Virus record (IMG/VR): IMGVR_UViG_3300035676_000002
Location: 32,001 to 96,000 of that record
DNA from: a virus
Reading direction: 5' to 3' (one strand)
DNA length: 64,000 nt
Part shown: positions 15,295 to 26,067 of the stretch, piece by piece
Numbering within the stretch: position 1 is the stretch's first letter
Layout of the letters: each line of letters opens with the position of its first letter
Position numbers and translations under genes: made by a program
The notes under the pieces: generated by a model
Databases searched by the model: none
What the model was told of the DNA's origin: nothing
What the model saw: only the letters and a program-made list of their open reading frames with translations

Positions 15295-18200
15295 TTAAAA
15301 TAGTTTTTTGGGAGAAATATCTGAGAACTTAATTACTCCCTGCTTGATACCGAGGAAGTATGCCTTGACTCTCTGCGGTAATGCCGTTGGCGTAATTGTG
15401 GGCGTCGGGGTACGGGTTGGCGTCAGAGTTTTTGTTGCTGTTGGCTTAGGCGTTGGCGTCTTGGTTGCCGTTGGGTATGGAGTTGGCGTGTAGTTAACCG
15501 AACTCGATGGGCATGAATCAGTAGCAAATAATGTGCTATTACAGATAACCCAATAGTAGTAATTCTGTCCTAGTTTATTCGCATCGAGGTTAACCGTAAA
15601 TGAACGTTCTGTCCCTCCGAATGGACCATTATTGCCCATATACATAATCTGTCCATTTGACGAATACCACGGACCAATGAAGTGCGTCTTGCCCTGTCTG
15701 AATGGTTCATTGGCTCTCCAACGTCCACCCAGACCGTCTTGTGAATCAATATATACAAACTGAGGGGTGGAAAGGCATCGTGTTTCGATATTCTGCCCAC
15801 GCTTACCATCCCCAATGTATCGACCATAGTAGGTATTTTGCTGATATTCTTCCCCGATATTACCCCGTGGAGAACCAACGCCCATATAGAGGTACTGAAC
15901 GCCACTTTCATTGACGTTTTTGTTTGCTCCGGTATTAAAATACTTGTGTCCGCTAGAATGAATAGAATCTAAATCTTCCGCTCCGCTTGATTGCTTAATT
16001 GCACGTAGACCACCCTTGTATCCGCTACATCCTGATGCAAGGTTGCCCTGTAGTATTGTCAAGGTTTCAGCATCGTTACTAAGATGACAGGCTGGCACCC
16101 TAGGCCACAATGGCTCAAGAGTTCCATCTTCCGTGTATGGTCCGGTAATTCCTACTGCTTCGGCGCACCAGTAATATTCATCATTCGATACGTATAGATC
16201 GCCATTTACGTCGCCCATACATAGTCCCGGCGTCCATGTCGGAGTCGGAATAGGGGTATTTGTCGGGGTATCTGTTGGCGTAAATGTAGTTAATACTGGA
16301 ACGTGGGTTCCCGTATATGTTGGCTCTGGCGTTCTTGTGTAGGGAGGTGTCTTAGTCGGAGTTGTTGTATTGACCGGAGTAGTGGTTGGTAGATAGGTTG
16401 GGTTAAAAGCTAGTCTATTGTAATTATAATTATATCCGCTTGAAATTGGAATAGAATTACTTCTCAAGGCGCGAATAGATTCCCAATTTAAACTCTGTCG
16501 AACGTACTCTGTTGAACCGAATTCTGGGAAAACAAGCACGCCTTGCCCAGCTAACCCGTTTCCAGTATATACACCATGACGCAAGAAATACCCAGCATCA
16601 CCATCCCATTTTGAGAATCCTACCCAATGATAGATTTTATCTTTCTGATTAACTCTCCATGCTTCTTTATTGCTTGTATTAACCGGAGCTAGACGTAGGA
16701 GGTTTCCATAAGCTCCAGTTATCATTCCTGTTCCCCAATATCCTTCCGTTAGCGATTTACCACCAGCAAATTGACTTTCATTTGCCCATACAACGGACGG
16801 ATAGTTTTCCTCTGATTTAACAATAATATAAGATGGTTCAAACCCAAGATTGACTTCTTGTAGTTCTCCAGTTCCACGATAACACCCATATCCCATAACC
16901 CCCGGCACAACGGTAATCGGAGGATTTGTGCCCTCAACTGTCGCTGTTGGGGTAGAAGTCGGCGTCCCGCTTGTTGGTGTCGGGGTAGGAGTTTCGGTTG
17001 GCGGCGTTCCCGTTACAGTCGGTGTATAGGTAACGCAGACATACGGAACATCAATATACTCACCCATTGAGGAAATTTCAAACCATGTGGATTTAGGGGG
17101 TGCAGTCCAAATCTCTCCAATAGTTGCATCTCCATAGTCGGCTTGGTCAATTGCATTCTTTTGTGTGGACCCCACATATGAAGTTGCGGAAGCATTTTTA
17201 GAAATAAACCCATATTCAATATTGAGGGTGTCTCCGTCCTGTATCGCAAGTGGAGTAATAGGGATTGGCGCAGATGGTCCGAGGTATTTTAGTCCTTCAC
17301 CGCTTGTTCTCCATTCGTTTGTTGGATCGGTTTCATACCAATTATCAACAAGAGTCCCACGGACGGCTGTTGTTTCCCCTACTGTTACGTAGGCGTGTAC
17401 TTTAAAGAAGAAATCCGCATTGGTATTACTCTCTTGTCCACCCATAGCAAAGTTCAATGTCCCGCTAATTGTCTGCGCTGGGAGCCTAAATGAATGTGCC
17501 TTCCTTAATAGGCTAGAATAGTTCATGGCTGGGTTAGCTTCTGCCATAGACATAGACGACTCAGTGGCAGAGATAGCCCCAAATTGTAAATCTCCATATA
17601 GGGCTGTTGCGTTAATCGCATTCCACGAACCTTGCTGCGATGGGTAACTTGTAACATCCCATAAATTTTCGGTAGTATTATACAGCTTCGTTTGACCATT
17701 AGTAAAAATCTTATTTCCGCAATTCATATACAGATTTTTCATTTCTGTAAATGATAATTCTTTATTAAAAATCATAATGTCGTCATAGTATCCGTCCCAC
17801 GCATTTCCAGCGAAACTGGCGGGTCCAAAATTAAGTGGTTGGTTAACGGGGGTGCCCCTGCATTGCGTTGAGGTTCCCACTTGTGCTGATTCCTCAAATC
17901 CATCCACATAAAGTCGATGCTGGCTCACCCCTGATGGATTTGCCCAAGATGGGGCAGTAGAAACAGCAAAGAAGTGCCAGTTATTATCATCTACGTGCCG
18001 TCCACCAATAAGCGTGCTCGATACACTCGCGCAATCGTTTACGTTATTTCCTGCGTAGAGCGTAAGCGTGCCGTGACTATTCATTACAAGAGTAAGATAG
18101 TTAGCCGCGCCGGTATAGTTACTGAAGATTGTTTCTGGAACCGTAGCTGTATCATGCTTAAACCATCCAGTAATTGTTACCGGATAACGAGTGACAACCT

Positions 18201-21200
18201 CTGCTGGAATAGCAAATCCGGCATTGCCCTCTACGTGAATACCCATACCGCGAACGGCTGGCATGACATTATAAGTTGGGGCAAAACCTCCTTCTGAATA
18301 AACCCCATTTGTGCCGGGATTAATTTGGTTAACCGTTGGATCACCTAAGTTATCATCAAGCCTATAGATGCCAACCGCACTCGTATCGGAGGCGTATGTC
18401 TCGCACTGGTCATAAAAGACAGGCTCCCATGTAGGTGTTTCTGTTGCCGTGCCAGTTGGCGTCGGCGTTGGCGTGTTAGAGGGAGTTACGTAGGGGGTGT
18501 AGGTAGCACAATTCCCATCTCCCATACACGCCTGATTGACGAATTGCCCACCACCCTCACAAGAGCCATATCCACAATACCCAATAAATTGACAACACCA
18601 TCCGGTCGGTATGGGGCTTGGCGTTGGGGTAGGGGTAGCCGTAATGGGGGCAGGAGCCGTATCGGCAAATTCAATACCATATGAAATATTTGTTCCCCCT
18701 GCATCATCTGCATCCGTAATAGCTACAGTAAAATAATCGCCCTGTTGTAACGTAATTTGATTAACTAAATCAGTGCAAGATGTACTTCCCGCCGTAATAG
18801 TGCAAGACGGTCTAGTTCCACTACAGCTTGTCGGTGATGAATTCGCGCTACAAAATGTTACTGTTACTGGATTTGAAATGGAGCTAGCAAGCTTAACATA
18901 AAGATTACGAACTAGAGCAGCTTGATCGACACGATACTCAGTAATAAGTTTATTTGCGGTAGGCGCAATATGTTCATTCACATATCGGATTTGCCCCCAT
19001 TGCCCTAATGGGAATCTGCTAGCAAGGACGTGACCAGTTCCACTGAGGGTGATATTAAATATATTAAACTGTGTAAAAGGAGCATTAGCACTGCTTAAGT
19101 TTTGACCCCTCATTATTAATTCATCTCCAGCATCAAATGAACAATTGCTAGACGTACATGAATTTGCCTTATACTGAGCAAGTCCACCAGTAGCAAAATC
19201 ATTTGCTCCAAATTCAGTAGAATGTCCACCAGTGTTTGCGATACGCATATCTGTTGGGCTAAAAGTTCCATCTTCCATATGCCCAACGCGATATTCCATA
19301 GGATAGGTATGTTGCATAACCCGAAGCTGGTGAGCACGGGTAATACGCGCACTATGCGGTAAGATAAGTCCCGGTCCACCACTATAAGCAGCTAGGTCTA
19401 GATCGTATGGACTTTTAACGGAATACTTAACCGAATAAGCTAATTCTTTTAGACTCGCAGTTCCCCACCATAGGATATCATCCATTGCACTATCATCTTG
19501 TTTCGTAACCGTAAACATTGCATTGCAGCGCCATGTTGCTGTTGAATCCCAATTCCCACTACCGGATTTTGCTACCTTGATAATAGCAGTCTCTTCCCCA
19601 TTATAATCAGCGGTATGTACGGTATCTGAGCACGTCGTTGCACTTGTTCCGCTCATCGTACACGTAAGAGATGTATCAACCCAACCATCTGCAACTGTGT
19701 GTTTTTGTAAAGTAAACACAGCATCATTCGCAAGGACAATAGGGGCGCTACAGGTAATAAACATATTTTTAAGCCTAATTGGTTCTGGAGCTTGAAACAT
19801 GGTTTGGTCAAAAAGGCTCGTAACGGTTGTTTTCCCATTACCCATATACCATGTCGTAGTATTCGCAGCGACATTTGATCCAGAAAAGCTCAAACTCGCC
19901 CTTTCGGGCCATTCTGGGGTTGCTACAACTTTAGGCCAAGGACCGCTTCCTGCCGGTATAACCTCCCACCCGCCTCCTTTTATTGTTCCACCGATATCTC
20001 GATTATCTCCAAAAATATCAAAAGACTCCCCACTCTCAAGGCAACCACCTTGATCTACCGCCGAACAGTAGTTTTCCCCCTGCGTACCATTAATTGCACA
20101 CGTACTAACTCTATCATTATAATATTCTGGAACTGCTTCAGTATTTGTGTTTGCCCGATTAAATCCAACAACAGAATTTCCAACATTCGATCCAGTAATA
20201 AAAAAGAATCCATTATGTATACATAGGGCATGAGGCGCTATGTACCCGACATAGTTCGTAAAATCAAATATTGAATTAAAGCCTAGATTATCACGGTCGC
20301 TCGTAGCGCCGCCAGCAACTCCGGCTAGTTGCTCCCATTGCAAACCCCATCCACCACCAACATCTGTCGGCCCATATTCAAGAAAAAGCCGAACGTACCA
20401 ATTCCCGTTATATGATCCACGATAAGATCGAACAGTAACCTTATCACCTCTATCAAAAGTACAATTTTGCGTACACGTATTATCATATCCAGTTGGACTA
20501 GCATTATTGATCGTAATAGTAAGATCGGATGCTTTGTCTTGAGTAATATTATAAATTTGCATCGTGAGGGAATCGTTCGCGTTACCGGCCATTGGTGTAG
20601 GCGTAGTTGATCCACCATAAGAAGCAGCAGAAATACCAGTCCATCTACCTGAGAGTGGCATTATCCAATAGTATTTATTTTTATCTGTTCCACCAAATTG
20701 ATAATCTCGCGCAAGCGTTCCATAGCTATAATTACCTGCACTCGTCCCATCTACGGAATCAAAACTTCCGCCACCAGCATTGAACAAATGGTAGTGTGCC
20801 CCGCTGCCACCATTTTGAACTTGCTCAAATGTTGCCGTATATTGAAAAGAATTTGACGCTGCTGTAATTTTAATAGAAAATAAATCCCCAGCAGCAAAAT
20901 CAACCGAATTGGACGAGTCCGAACATTTAGTTAGGCCAGCCGATATGCTGCACGTTACCGCTGTATCGGCTTGATTTTTTCTTAAGGTAAATGTTGCTCC
21001 ATTAGCAATAGCAGAGGGGGATAGAATCCTCATATTCTGCAATCGTTTTGCATTAGGCATTACGCCACTATGCATTAATTCATTATTATTACATGGATTA
21101 TTGCCGTCATTATTAATACAATAATTGGGATTTCCAGCCGTTGTATTAAAATAGCCAGTAATCATCAAAAGTGGAATATCTGCTGGCGTAAATACTGGTT

Positions 21201-23556
21201 TTAGCGTTGGGGTAATTGTAGGCGTAGAGGTTTGTGCCGGTGTTGACGTAACGGTACTTGTTGGAGCAACCCCAGAAAAGCAAGCTGGGGTGCTATTTCT
21301 ATACGGATGTGCGGTTGGGAGTACGGTAGCGATACCCCACTTGTGGGCAAGATATCCCTGCACTGTCTCTCTGTTTGCTTGGGAGAGGCTTGATCCGTAA
21401 ACGATAATTTCTGCAACTTTAGCTTTCGCATCGGGAGTTCCAGCAGATGCACCAAGCTGGATATCTGTATATCCGGTTCGTGTTGTGCCGGGATTGACTG
21501 TGCTGACATTTGCTCCATTGAATGATAGCTTGCTTGATGACCCATTCCATTCGATAAAATTCTGGAACCACCCAGAAACAGCAGTTGTTCCAATAACAGA
21601 GCCATTATAAACAAAACATGATCCAGAGGATGCATTATCGCACTTAATTAGGGCATATCCATCACTACGACCTAGAAGGCTATTGTAGTTCTGCACCGTA
21701 TCGAGTTTTGCAACAATAAAAACGTCTGCCGGGAAAGCAATATTTGAAAAAACATCACTTTGCAATATGTCACTTCCGTCGAAAGTAATTGCCCCAAGTC
21801 CGTTTTGGACATTGCCATTCCATATTGGCTTGCTAGTATTACTTCCGGCGCTATTGAGGGCGTCATAATGAAGCGTTCCATAATCATGCCAATTGCTAAT
21901 ATATTGTCCCTCGCTAAATGGAACCGCATCAGCTTGATACCATAATTTCGGTGCAGCAACGTTGTACGCACATCCTGTTGGAGTTGACGTTGCTGTGCCG
22001 GTTGATGTTGCCGTACTTGTTGGAGTTGCCGTTCTTGTCGGTGTTCGCGTTAGGGTCGCAGTTGGAGTATTGGTAGACGCTGGAGTTGGTGTTTGAGTCG
22101 ATGAATTAAAACAAGACCAAACCTCAAATTGCATAAAATCTACATAATTTGTTCCAGCATTCCAATATGGAGTAGTTTGTATTCCTGTTCCGAATAGTCC
22201 GTCATTGACAATCCAGTGATCGGGCGTTGTTCCCCATAGATCAGTAGCCCCACCGAAGCACGTTTCTGTTCGTGAAGCTGGCATGGCGACAGTTTGATAG
22301 GCCGGTCCCTTATCATTCCCATATACTGTATTGCCGGTTCCAATGCCATTGTTTTGAAATAGATTAACAGAATCCTGCCATCCAGTTCCACCAGTTCCGG
22401 TTCCGTACCATGTTACGCATAGCTTAAATCCCTTAATCGTTGCCCCAAATGATACTAATGGGCCATATCGGCAAACTAAGTAGTCGCTTACGGAGTTACT
22501 TCCACCCGTCACACTAGCGTAGGTAGAATTATCGCTATGACCTTCGGCGGGATTTGTCCAGTTCAAGTCTGGTCCAGTATGATTTTCACATATCCACGGA
22601 GTTGCCGTAACATGAATTAGTTCCTCACCGGGATTATCGCATCCCGGCACAATTGTTGGCGTTGGCGTCGGCGTAGAGGTTGGCGTGCTGGTAAAAGTAG
22701 ACGTTGAAGTAGGAGTAAACGTATTTGTTTCTGTAGGCGTCGGCGTATTAGTAGGAGCTTCCGGTGCTGCATAACATACAACAAGTCTATTCCCGCATCC
22801 GACTCCTCCATTTGGTTCACTAGGAATTGTGCATTGTGCTAGCTTTGTTCGATGTTGGATAAAGTAAAGATTCGCTGGGTTATGAGCGGATAGTCCAAGG
22901 CGTAATTCAGTGCGACCGCTTGTGTTAATGCCAGCGAGATTATTAAATGGAATAATAACGTGAGTTCCCTCTGATGTATCGCCATAGGCATTATAGTTTT
23001 CGTATGATTGAAGAAGATACGAATTTAGATTATAACTAAAAGCAGTTCCGGCAACCTGATTGTTTGCTGGAGCATCTGCGCTTGTGCAGGTCGATCCCCA
23101 AGTGTAATAGTCTGCTGTGTAAGCCGCATCGGCATCGAAATTAGGTGGTCCACATGGAGTTGACGTGCTCCACCGATATCCGCACTCATTCCCACTCCAC
23201 ATAGAATCATACCACCGATAAACACCAGAATCTTGCAACCATAATGAGGCTGAAATAATTGATTGCCCCGGTGGAATATTACCAGATAATGCAGATGTAT
23301 CGAATGACAATAAGTACCCACGATACATTCCGCTATCTGTTAAATCTTCATTCCATTCAATTTCCATAAAACCGGGATTATGGAATCCACACGTTACCGA
23401 TGATGGATTTCCAATTGTTCCATAGTTCATCTGTGCTTGGTCAGCATCCGTTTCTCCCAAATAGAAAGTATCGCACGCTCCGTAAGCGGGACGAACAGCA
23501 GTAACCGCACTAATAATAAAGAATAAACCAGTAATAATATTTCGTAATTTAGGCAT
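15295..23556 (-). CDS. Giant (about 2750 aa) modular exported adhesin/fibre-like protein with LamG-like domains, Cys-paired beta repeats, a dockerin-like motif, YxGxG repeats and PT linkers
   Basis: Signal peptide [26 protein letters not shown]. LamG-like segments LWYQAD...AEIIVY...YLAHKWG and DDNNWHFFAV...LYVDG...YYDDIMIFNKELS. Also CMGDVNGD. ATG 23556 is TAATG-coupled. Confidence 0.75.
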   Translation of the reverse strand: MPKLRNIITGLFFIISAVTAVRPAYGACDTFYLGETDADQAQMNYGTIGNPSSVTCGFHNPGFMEIEWNEDLTDSGMYRGYLLSFDTSALSGNIPPGQSIISASLWLQDSGVYRWYDSMWSGNECGYRWSTSTPCGPPNFDADAAYTADYYTWGSTCTSADAPANNQVAGTAFSYNLNSYLLQSYENYNAYGDTSEGTHVIIPFNNLAGINTSGRTELRLGLSAHNPANLYFIQHRTKLAQCTIPSEPNGGVGCGNRLVVCYAAPEAPTNTPTPTETNTFTPTSTSTFTSTPTSTPTPTPTIVPGCDNPGEELIHVTATPWICENHTGPDLNWTNPAEGHSDNSTYASVTGGSNSVSDYLVCRYGPLVSFGATIKGFKLCVTWYGTGTGGTGWQDSVNLFQNNGIGTGNTVYGNDKGPAYQTVAMPASRTETCFGGATDLWGTTPDHWIVNDGLFGTGIQTTPYWNAGTNYVDFMQFEVWSCFNSSTQTPTPASTNTPTATLTRTPTRTATPTSTATSTGTATSTPTGCAYNVAAPKLWYQADAVPFSEGQYISNWHDYGTLHYDALNSAGSNTSKPIWNGNVQNGLGAITFDGSDILQSDVFSNIAFPADVFIVAKLDTVQNYNSLLGRSDGYALIKCDNASSGSCFVYNGSVIGTTAVSGWFQNFIEWNGSSSKLSFNGANVSTVNPGTTRTGYTDIQLGASAGTPDAKAKVAEIIVYGSSLSQANRETVQGYLAHKWGIATVLPTAHPYRNSTPACFSGVAPTSTVTSTPAQTSTPTITPTLKPVFTPADIPLLMITGYFNTTAGNPNYCINNDGNNPCNNNELMHSGVMPNAKRLQNMRILSPSAIANGATFTLRKNQADTAVTCSISAGLTKCSDSSNSVDFAAGDLFSIKITAASNSFQYTATFEQVQNGGSGAHYHLFNAGGGSFDSVDGTSAGNYSYGTLARDYQFGGTDKNKYYWIMPLSGRWTGISAASYGGSTTPTPMAGNANDSLTMQIYNITQDKASDLTITINNASPTGYDNTCTQNCTFDRGDKVTVRSYRGSYNGNWYVRLFLEYGPTDVGGGWGLQWEQLAGVAGGATSDRDNLGFNSIFDFTNYVGYIAPHALCIHNGFFFITGSNVGNSVVGFNRANTNTEAVPEYYNDRVSTCAINGTQGENYCSAVDQGGCLESGESFDIFGDNRDIGGTIKGGGWEVIPAGSGPWPKVVATPEWPERASLSFSGSNVAANTTTWYMGNGKTTVTSLFDQTMFQAPEPIRLKNMFITCSAPIVLANDAVFTLQKHTVADGWVDTSLTCTMSGTSATTCSDTVHTADYNGEETAIIKVAKSGSGNWDSTATWRCNAMFTVTKQDDSAMDDILWWGTASLKELAYSVKYSVKSPYDLDLAAYSGGPGLILPHSARITRAHQLRVMQHTYPMEYRVGHMEDGTFSPTDMRIANTGGHSTEFGANDFATGGLAQYKANSCTSSNCSFDAGDELIMRGQNLSSANAPFTQFNIFNITLSGTGHVLASRFPLGQWGQIRYVNEHIAPTANKLITEYRVDQAALVRNLYVKLASSISNPVTVTFCSANSSPTSCSGTRPSCTITAGSTSCTDLVNQITLQQGDYFTVAITDADDAGGTNISYGIEFADTAPAPITATPTPTPSPIPTGWCCQFIGYCGYGSCEGGGQFVNQACMGDGNCATYTPYVTPSNTPTPTPTGTATETPTWEPVFYDQCETYASDTSAVGIYRLDDNLGDPTVNQINPGTNGVYSEGGFAPTYNVMPAVRGMGIHVEGNAGFAIPAEVVTRYPVTITGWFKHDTATVPETIFSNYTGAANYLTLVMNSHGTLTLYAGNNVNDCASVSSTLIGGRHVDDNNWHFFAVSTAPSWANPSGVSQHRLYVDGFEESAQVGTSTQCRGTPVNQPLNFGPASFAGNAWDGYYDDIMIFNKELSFTEMKNLYMNCGNKIFTNGQTKLYNTTENLWDVTSYPSQQGSWNAINATALYGDLQFGAISATESSMSMAEANPAMNYSSLLRKAHSFRLPAQTISGTLNFAMGGQESNTNADFFFKVHAYVTVGETTAVRGTLVDNWYETDPTNEWRTSGEGLKYLGPSAPIPITPLAIQDGDTLNIEYGFISKNASATSYVGSTQKNAIDQADYGDATIGEIWTAPPKSTWFEISSMGEYIDVPYVCVTYTPTVTGTPPTETPTPTPTSGTPTSTPTATVEGTNPPITVVPGVMGYGCYRGTGELQEVNLGFEPSYIIVKSEENYPSVVWANESQFAGGKSLTEGYWGTGMITGAYGNLLRLAPVNTSNKEAWRVNQKDKIYHWVGFSKWDGDAGYFLRHGVYTGNGLAGQGVLVFPEFGSTEYVRQSLNWESIRALRSNSIPISSGYNYNYNRLAFNPTYLPTTTPVNTTTPTKTPPYTRTPEPTYTGTHVPVLTTFTPTDTPTNTPIPTPTWTPGLCMGDVNGDLYVSNDEYYWCAEAVGITGPYTEDGTLEPLWPRVPACHLSNDAETLTILQGNLASGCSGYKGGLRAIKQSSGAEDLDSIHSSGHKYFNTGANKNVNESGVQYLYMGVGSPRGNIGEEYQQNTYYGRYIGDGKRGQNIETRCLSTPQFVYIDSQDGLGGRWRANEPFRQGKTHFIGPWYSSNGQIMYMGNNGPFGGTERSFTVNLDANKLGQNYYYWVICNSTLFATDSCPSSSVNYTPTPYPTATKTPTPKPTATKTLTPTRTPTPTITPTALPQRVKAYFLGIKQGVIKFSDISPKKLF

Positions 23557-24113
23557 TAGTTCAGCCTCGGCACACAAGCAGCATTAGGCATAAAAGCGCA
23601 TGGAGTAGGGCACGAATCAGGACCATTCGGAGGAACGCAACTTGCCCCATCTGGGCACGTACAACAGCCGGGGATTGGCGAAGGAGTAGGCGTAGGAGAA
23701 AGGTATGGGGTAAAAGTCCGTGTTGGCGTATACGTGAACTGTGGCGTTAACGTTGGTGTCGGCGTGCTCGTATAGAGCGGAGTAAAGGTTGCGGTAAAAG
23801 TAACGGTTGGCGTATGGGTATTTGTCGGCGTTAACGTTGGTGTCGCTGTTGGCGTGCTTGTAGAAGTGTAGGTCAATACCGGAGTTAACGTAACTGTTGG
23901 CGTATTTGTAAACGTCGGAGTTGGAGTAAATGACGGTGTTGGCGTTAGGGTGATCGTTGGCGTATTGCTTGGGGTAACTCCAGCCGCATCCCACAATTCT
24001 CCCGGTTGATCCCATACTTGCCCACCCACGTCCCATTGAACATAAAGAGCATAGGCTACGCTAGAAAGAACAATAAGGATTCCTAAAACATAGATCCATC
24101 TTCTAGCGAACAT
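23556..24113 (-). CDS. Signal-peptide, mucin-like Pro/Thr protein with a C-terminal Cys-rich module
   Basis: [22 protein letters not shown], about 100 aa of TP repeats, then [11 protein letters not shown]...C. Confidence 0.7.
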   Translation of the reverse strand: MFARRWIYVLGILIVLSSVAYALYVQWDVGGQVWDQPGELWDAAGVTPSNTPTITLTPTPSFTPTPTFTNTPTVTLTPVLTYTSTSTPTATPTLTPTNTHTPTVTFTATFTPLYTSTPTPTLTPQFTYTPTRTFTPYLSPTPTPSPIPGCCTCPDGASCVPPNGPDSCPTPCAFMPNAACVPRLN

Positions 24114-24122
24114 TAATTATCC

Positions 24123-26006
24123 TTATGATGTAGGTCCGGTAGCGTATAGTCTATGCAGGGCTACTCTAAAAGTGCCACTGCTACAATTCCCCCCGTTAGC
24201 GGTAATTTTTACGCTTGTTGCAGCAGCATAGAATGTTTCCGACATAGCGGTGATATTCCAATTTGCCGATGAAGTCGTTGTTCCCGTAGCTACGGCGCTT
24301 CCCCATAGCGTTGCATTAGCTACAGTACCTACGCTGTATGATGTAGGACCAGAAATGCTGGTAGGCTTTACGGTTACTCCCAAAACCCATGATCCGGCAG
24401 GAATCATATTAGAAATAGTATACGTCGCAGAACCATCGCACGTAACAACCTGAGATTCTACAGCATTAACCGTAGCTGCCCCGGTTTGGTTTGCATCAGA
24501 AGTAGCGCTTTGACCAAAACCTAGATACGCAAAACTATTTAAATCACTAGCCTTATCAGTATCTACAGCGGAAAGAAGCGCATACTCATGTCCGGTCCAT
24601 GATCCGGTCGTAACAAATTCCCCAGCAATCTTAATTGTCTCCGCATCAGTTCCGCTCGCGCTATTCGTAGCAAGCAGTGAGGGAGCAGCGCCGGAAAATG
24701 GGTTATTCCCCCAAGAGCGAACATCGCAAATACCTACTTGTGCATTTGCATTTCCGGCGCATCCACTATGTAAGCTTGAAGAACCAGCAACAGAAAAAGC
24801 GGGTGAATCACCGAACATAATCCTAGGTTCGTGATAAGATACCCCTACGGAACCCTTTACCCAAATTGGCTTTACTTGAGCATCTTGCGTGATCCCATCT
24901 TGACCAGCAAAGGCATAGCCTACTACCTTATCGCCACTAAGAGTTTTAATTGGATTCAAAATAGCATTATCATCACCACCAAAGTAATTTCCCCAAAAGA
25001 GGGCACTACCGCTTGATCGAGAAGCCGGATTGTTCGCTACCCCTGTCATGGTAGCGTAGTTCAAAAAGACCCCCGGCTGGCTATTTGTACCGCTTGAAAA
25101 AGCTCGGCTAGTTCCAGAAAAAGAAATTTCTGACTTATTTGCAGCAATTAATGTCGTTGACCCATCAAGACCTTGAATGTGTGTTCCAAGTTCTACGTGA
25201 TTATCAATCCCACGAACGCTTGATTTAGAGGCAGTCTTATTTGCACCAGTTCCCATAACACGAAAATAATTACGAATTCCGGTAACATTTGCATATACTC
25301 CACTACCCCCGGTATTAGTCATATCAAAATAAAAATCCTGCAATCCCAATACTGACCATGTTGTTGCATAGCTATTAGGGCTAATTGTCCCTCCCAAGGT
25401 CATTGTGTCCGTGCCGGGATAACATCCGTTTGTTGGAGAAGGATTCGTGCCAAGGCAGAATGTTTCTCCCGGTTCCTGCCTTCGCATATTGCCATTCCAG
25501 AATTCAAAGTTCTTAGAACCGCCAATCTTTAGATCACGATTTGCGCCACCAGCCGCACTAGAAATAGAGACAGCGGGGCTATTATAAGCATAAAAAGTCG
25601 CCTGACCATCCTTATTTAGACCCATCCCATATCCGAAATTATTCTGAAAATCGGCAATATCGACTGTTCCAGTATGATAAATACGCATACCGGGGGATGA
25701 CCCACTCGTAGCGCAATTGTATGATCCGTAGGTTGGATCAATGGTGCATTTCCCGTCACGTAATGTTCCGTTTCCATCGCTAAAAGTCGGAACACTGTTG
25801 ATAGTTGAGGTTAGGGGGATTAGTCCACGGAGTAAGCTTAACTCAGATTTCGCCATAGAAAAATTAGATCGAACCGGAGCACTAGATAACGATTGACTTG
25901 TTCCCGGTACGTTGGCATCCACCTGACTCGTTGCTCCAGTAAAGGCATAAGCAGCAAGTGGACTAAGTAGAAATGCTAGCAAAATCAAGAACTTTTTCTT
26001 GGTCAT
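24123..26006 (-). CDS. Signal-peptide tail-fibre/spike-like protein
   Basis: MTKKKFLILLAFLLSPLAAYA. The N-terminal S.PVRSNF..AKSEL motif and the C-terminal IPAGSWVLGV...YAAATSVKITANGG...GTFRVALH resemble phage/GTA fibre ends. Confidence 0.6.
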   Translation of the reverse strand: MTKKKFLILLAFLLSPLAAYAFTGATSQVDANVPGTSQSLSSAPVRSNFSMAKSELSLLRGLIPLTSTINSVPTFSDGNGTLRDGKCTIDPTYGSYNCATSGSSPGMRIYHTGTVDIADFQNNFGYGMGLNKDGQATFYAYNSPAVSISSAAGGANRDLKIGGSKNFEFWNGNMRRQEPGETFCLGTNPSPTNGCYPGTDTMTLGGTISPNSYATTWSVLGLQDFYFDMTNTGGSGVYANVTGIRNYFRVMGTGANKTASKSSVRGIDNHVELGTHIQGLDGSTTLIAANKSEISFSGTSRAFSSGTNSQPGVFLNYATMTGVANNPASRSSGSALFWGNYFGGDDNAILNPIKTLSGDKVVGYAFAGQDGITQDAQVKPIWVKGSVGVSYHEPRIMFGDSPAFSVAGSSSLHSGCAGNANAQVGICDVRSWGNNPFSGAAPSLLATNSASGTDAETIKIAGEFVTTGSWTGHEYALLSAVDTDKASDLNSFAYLGFGQSATSDANQTGAATVNAVESQVVTCDGSATYTISNMIPAGSWVLGVTVKPTSISGPTSYSVGTVANATLWGSAVATGTTTSSANWNITAMSETFYAAATSVKITANGGNCSSGTFRVALHRLYATGPTS

Positions 26007-26026
26007 ATGGCTACTCCATTCGCGCA

Positions 26027-26055
26027 ATCTTACAAAGATTTTAATATGCGGTCAA
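26027..26055 (-). promoter_or_regulatory. internal sigma70-type promoter in the accessory block
   Basis: TTGACC-17 nt-TAAGAT upstream of a GGAG RBS and ATG 26006. Confidence 0.55.
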
Positions 26056-26067
26056 TAACTTTTGGGA

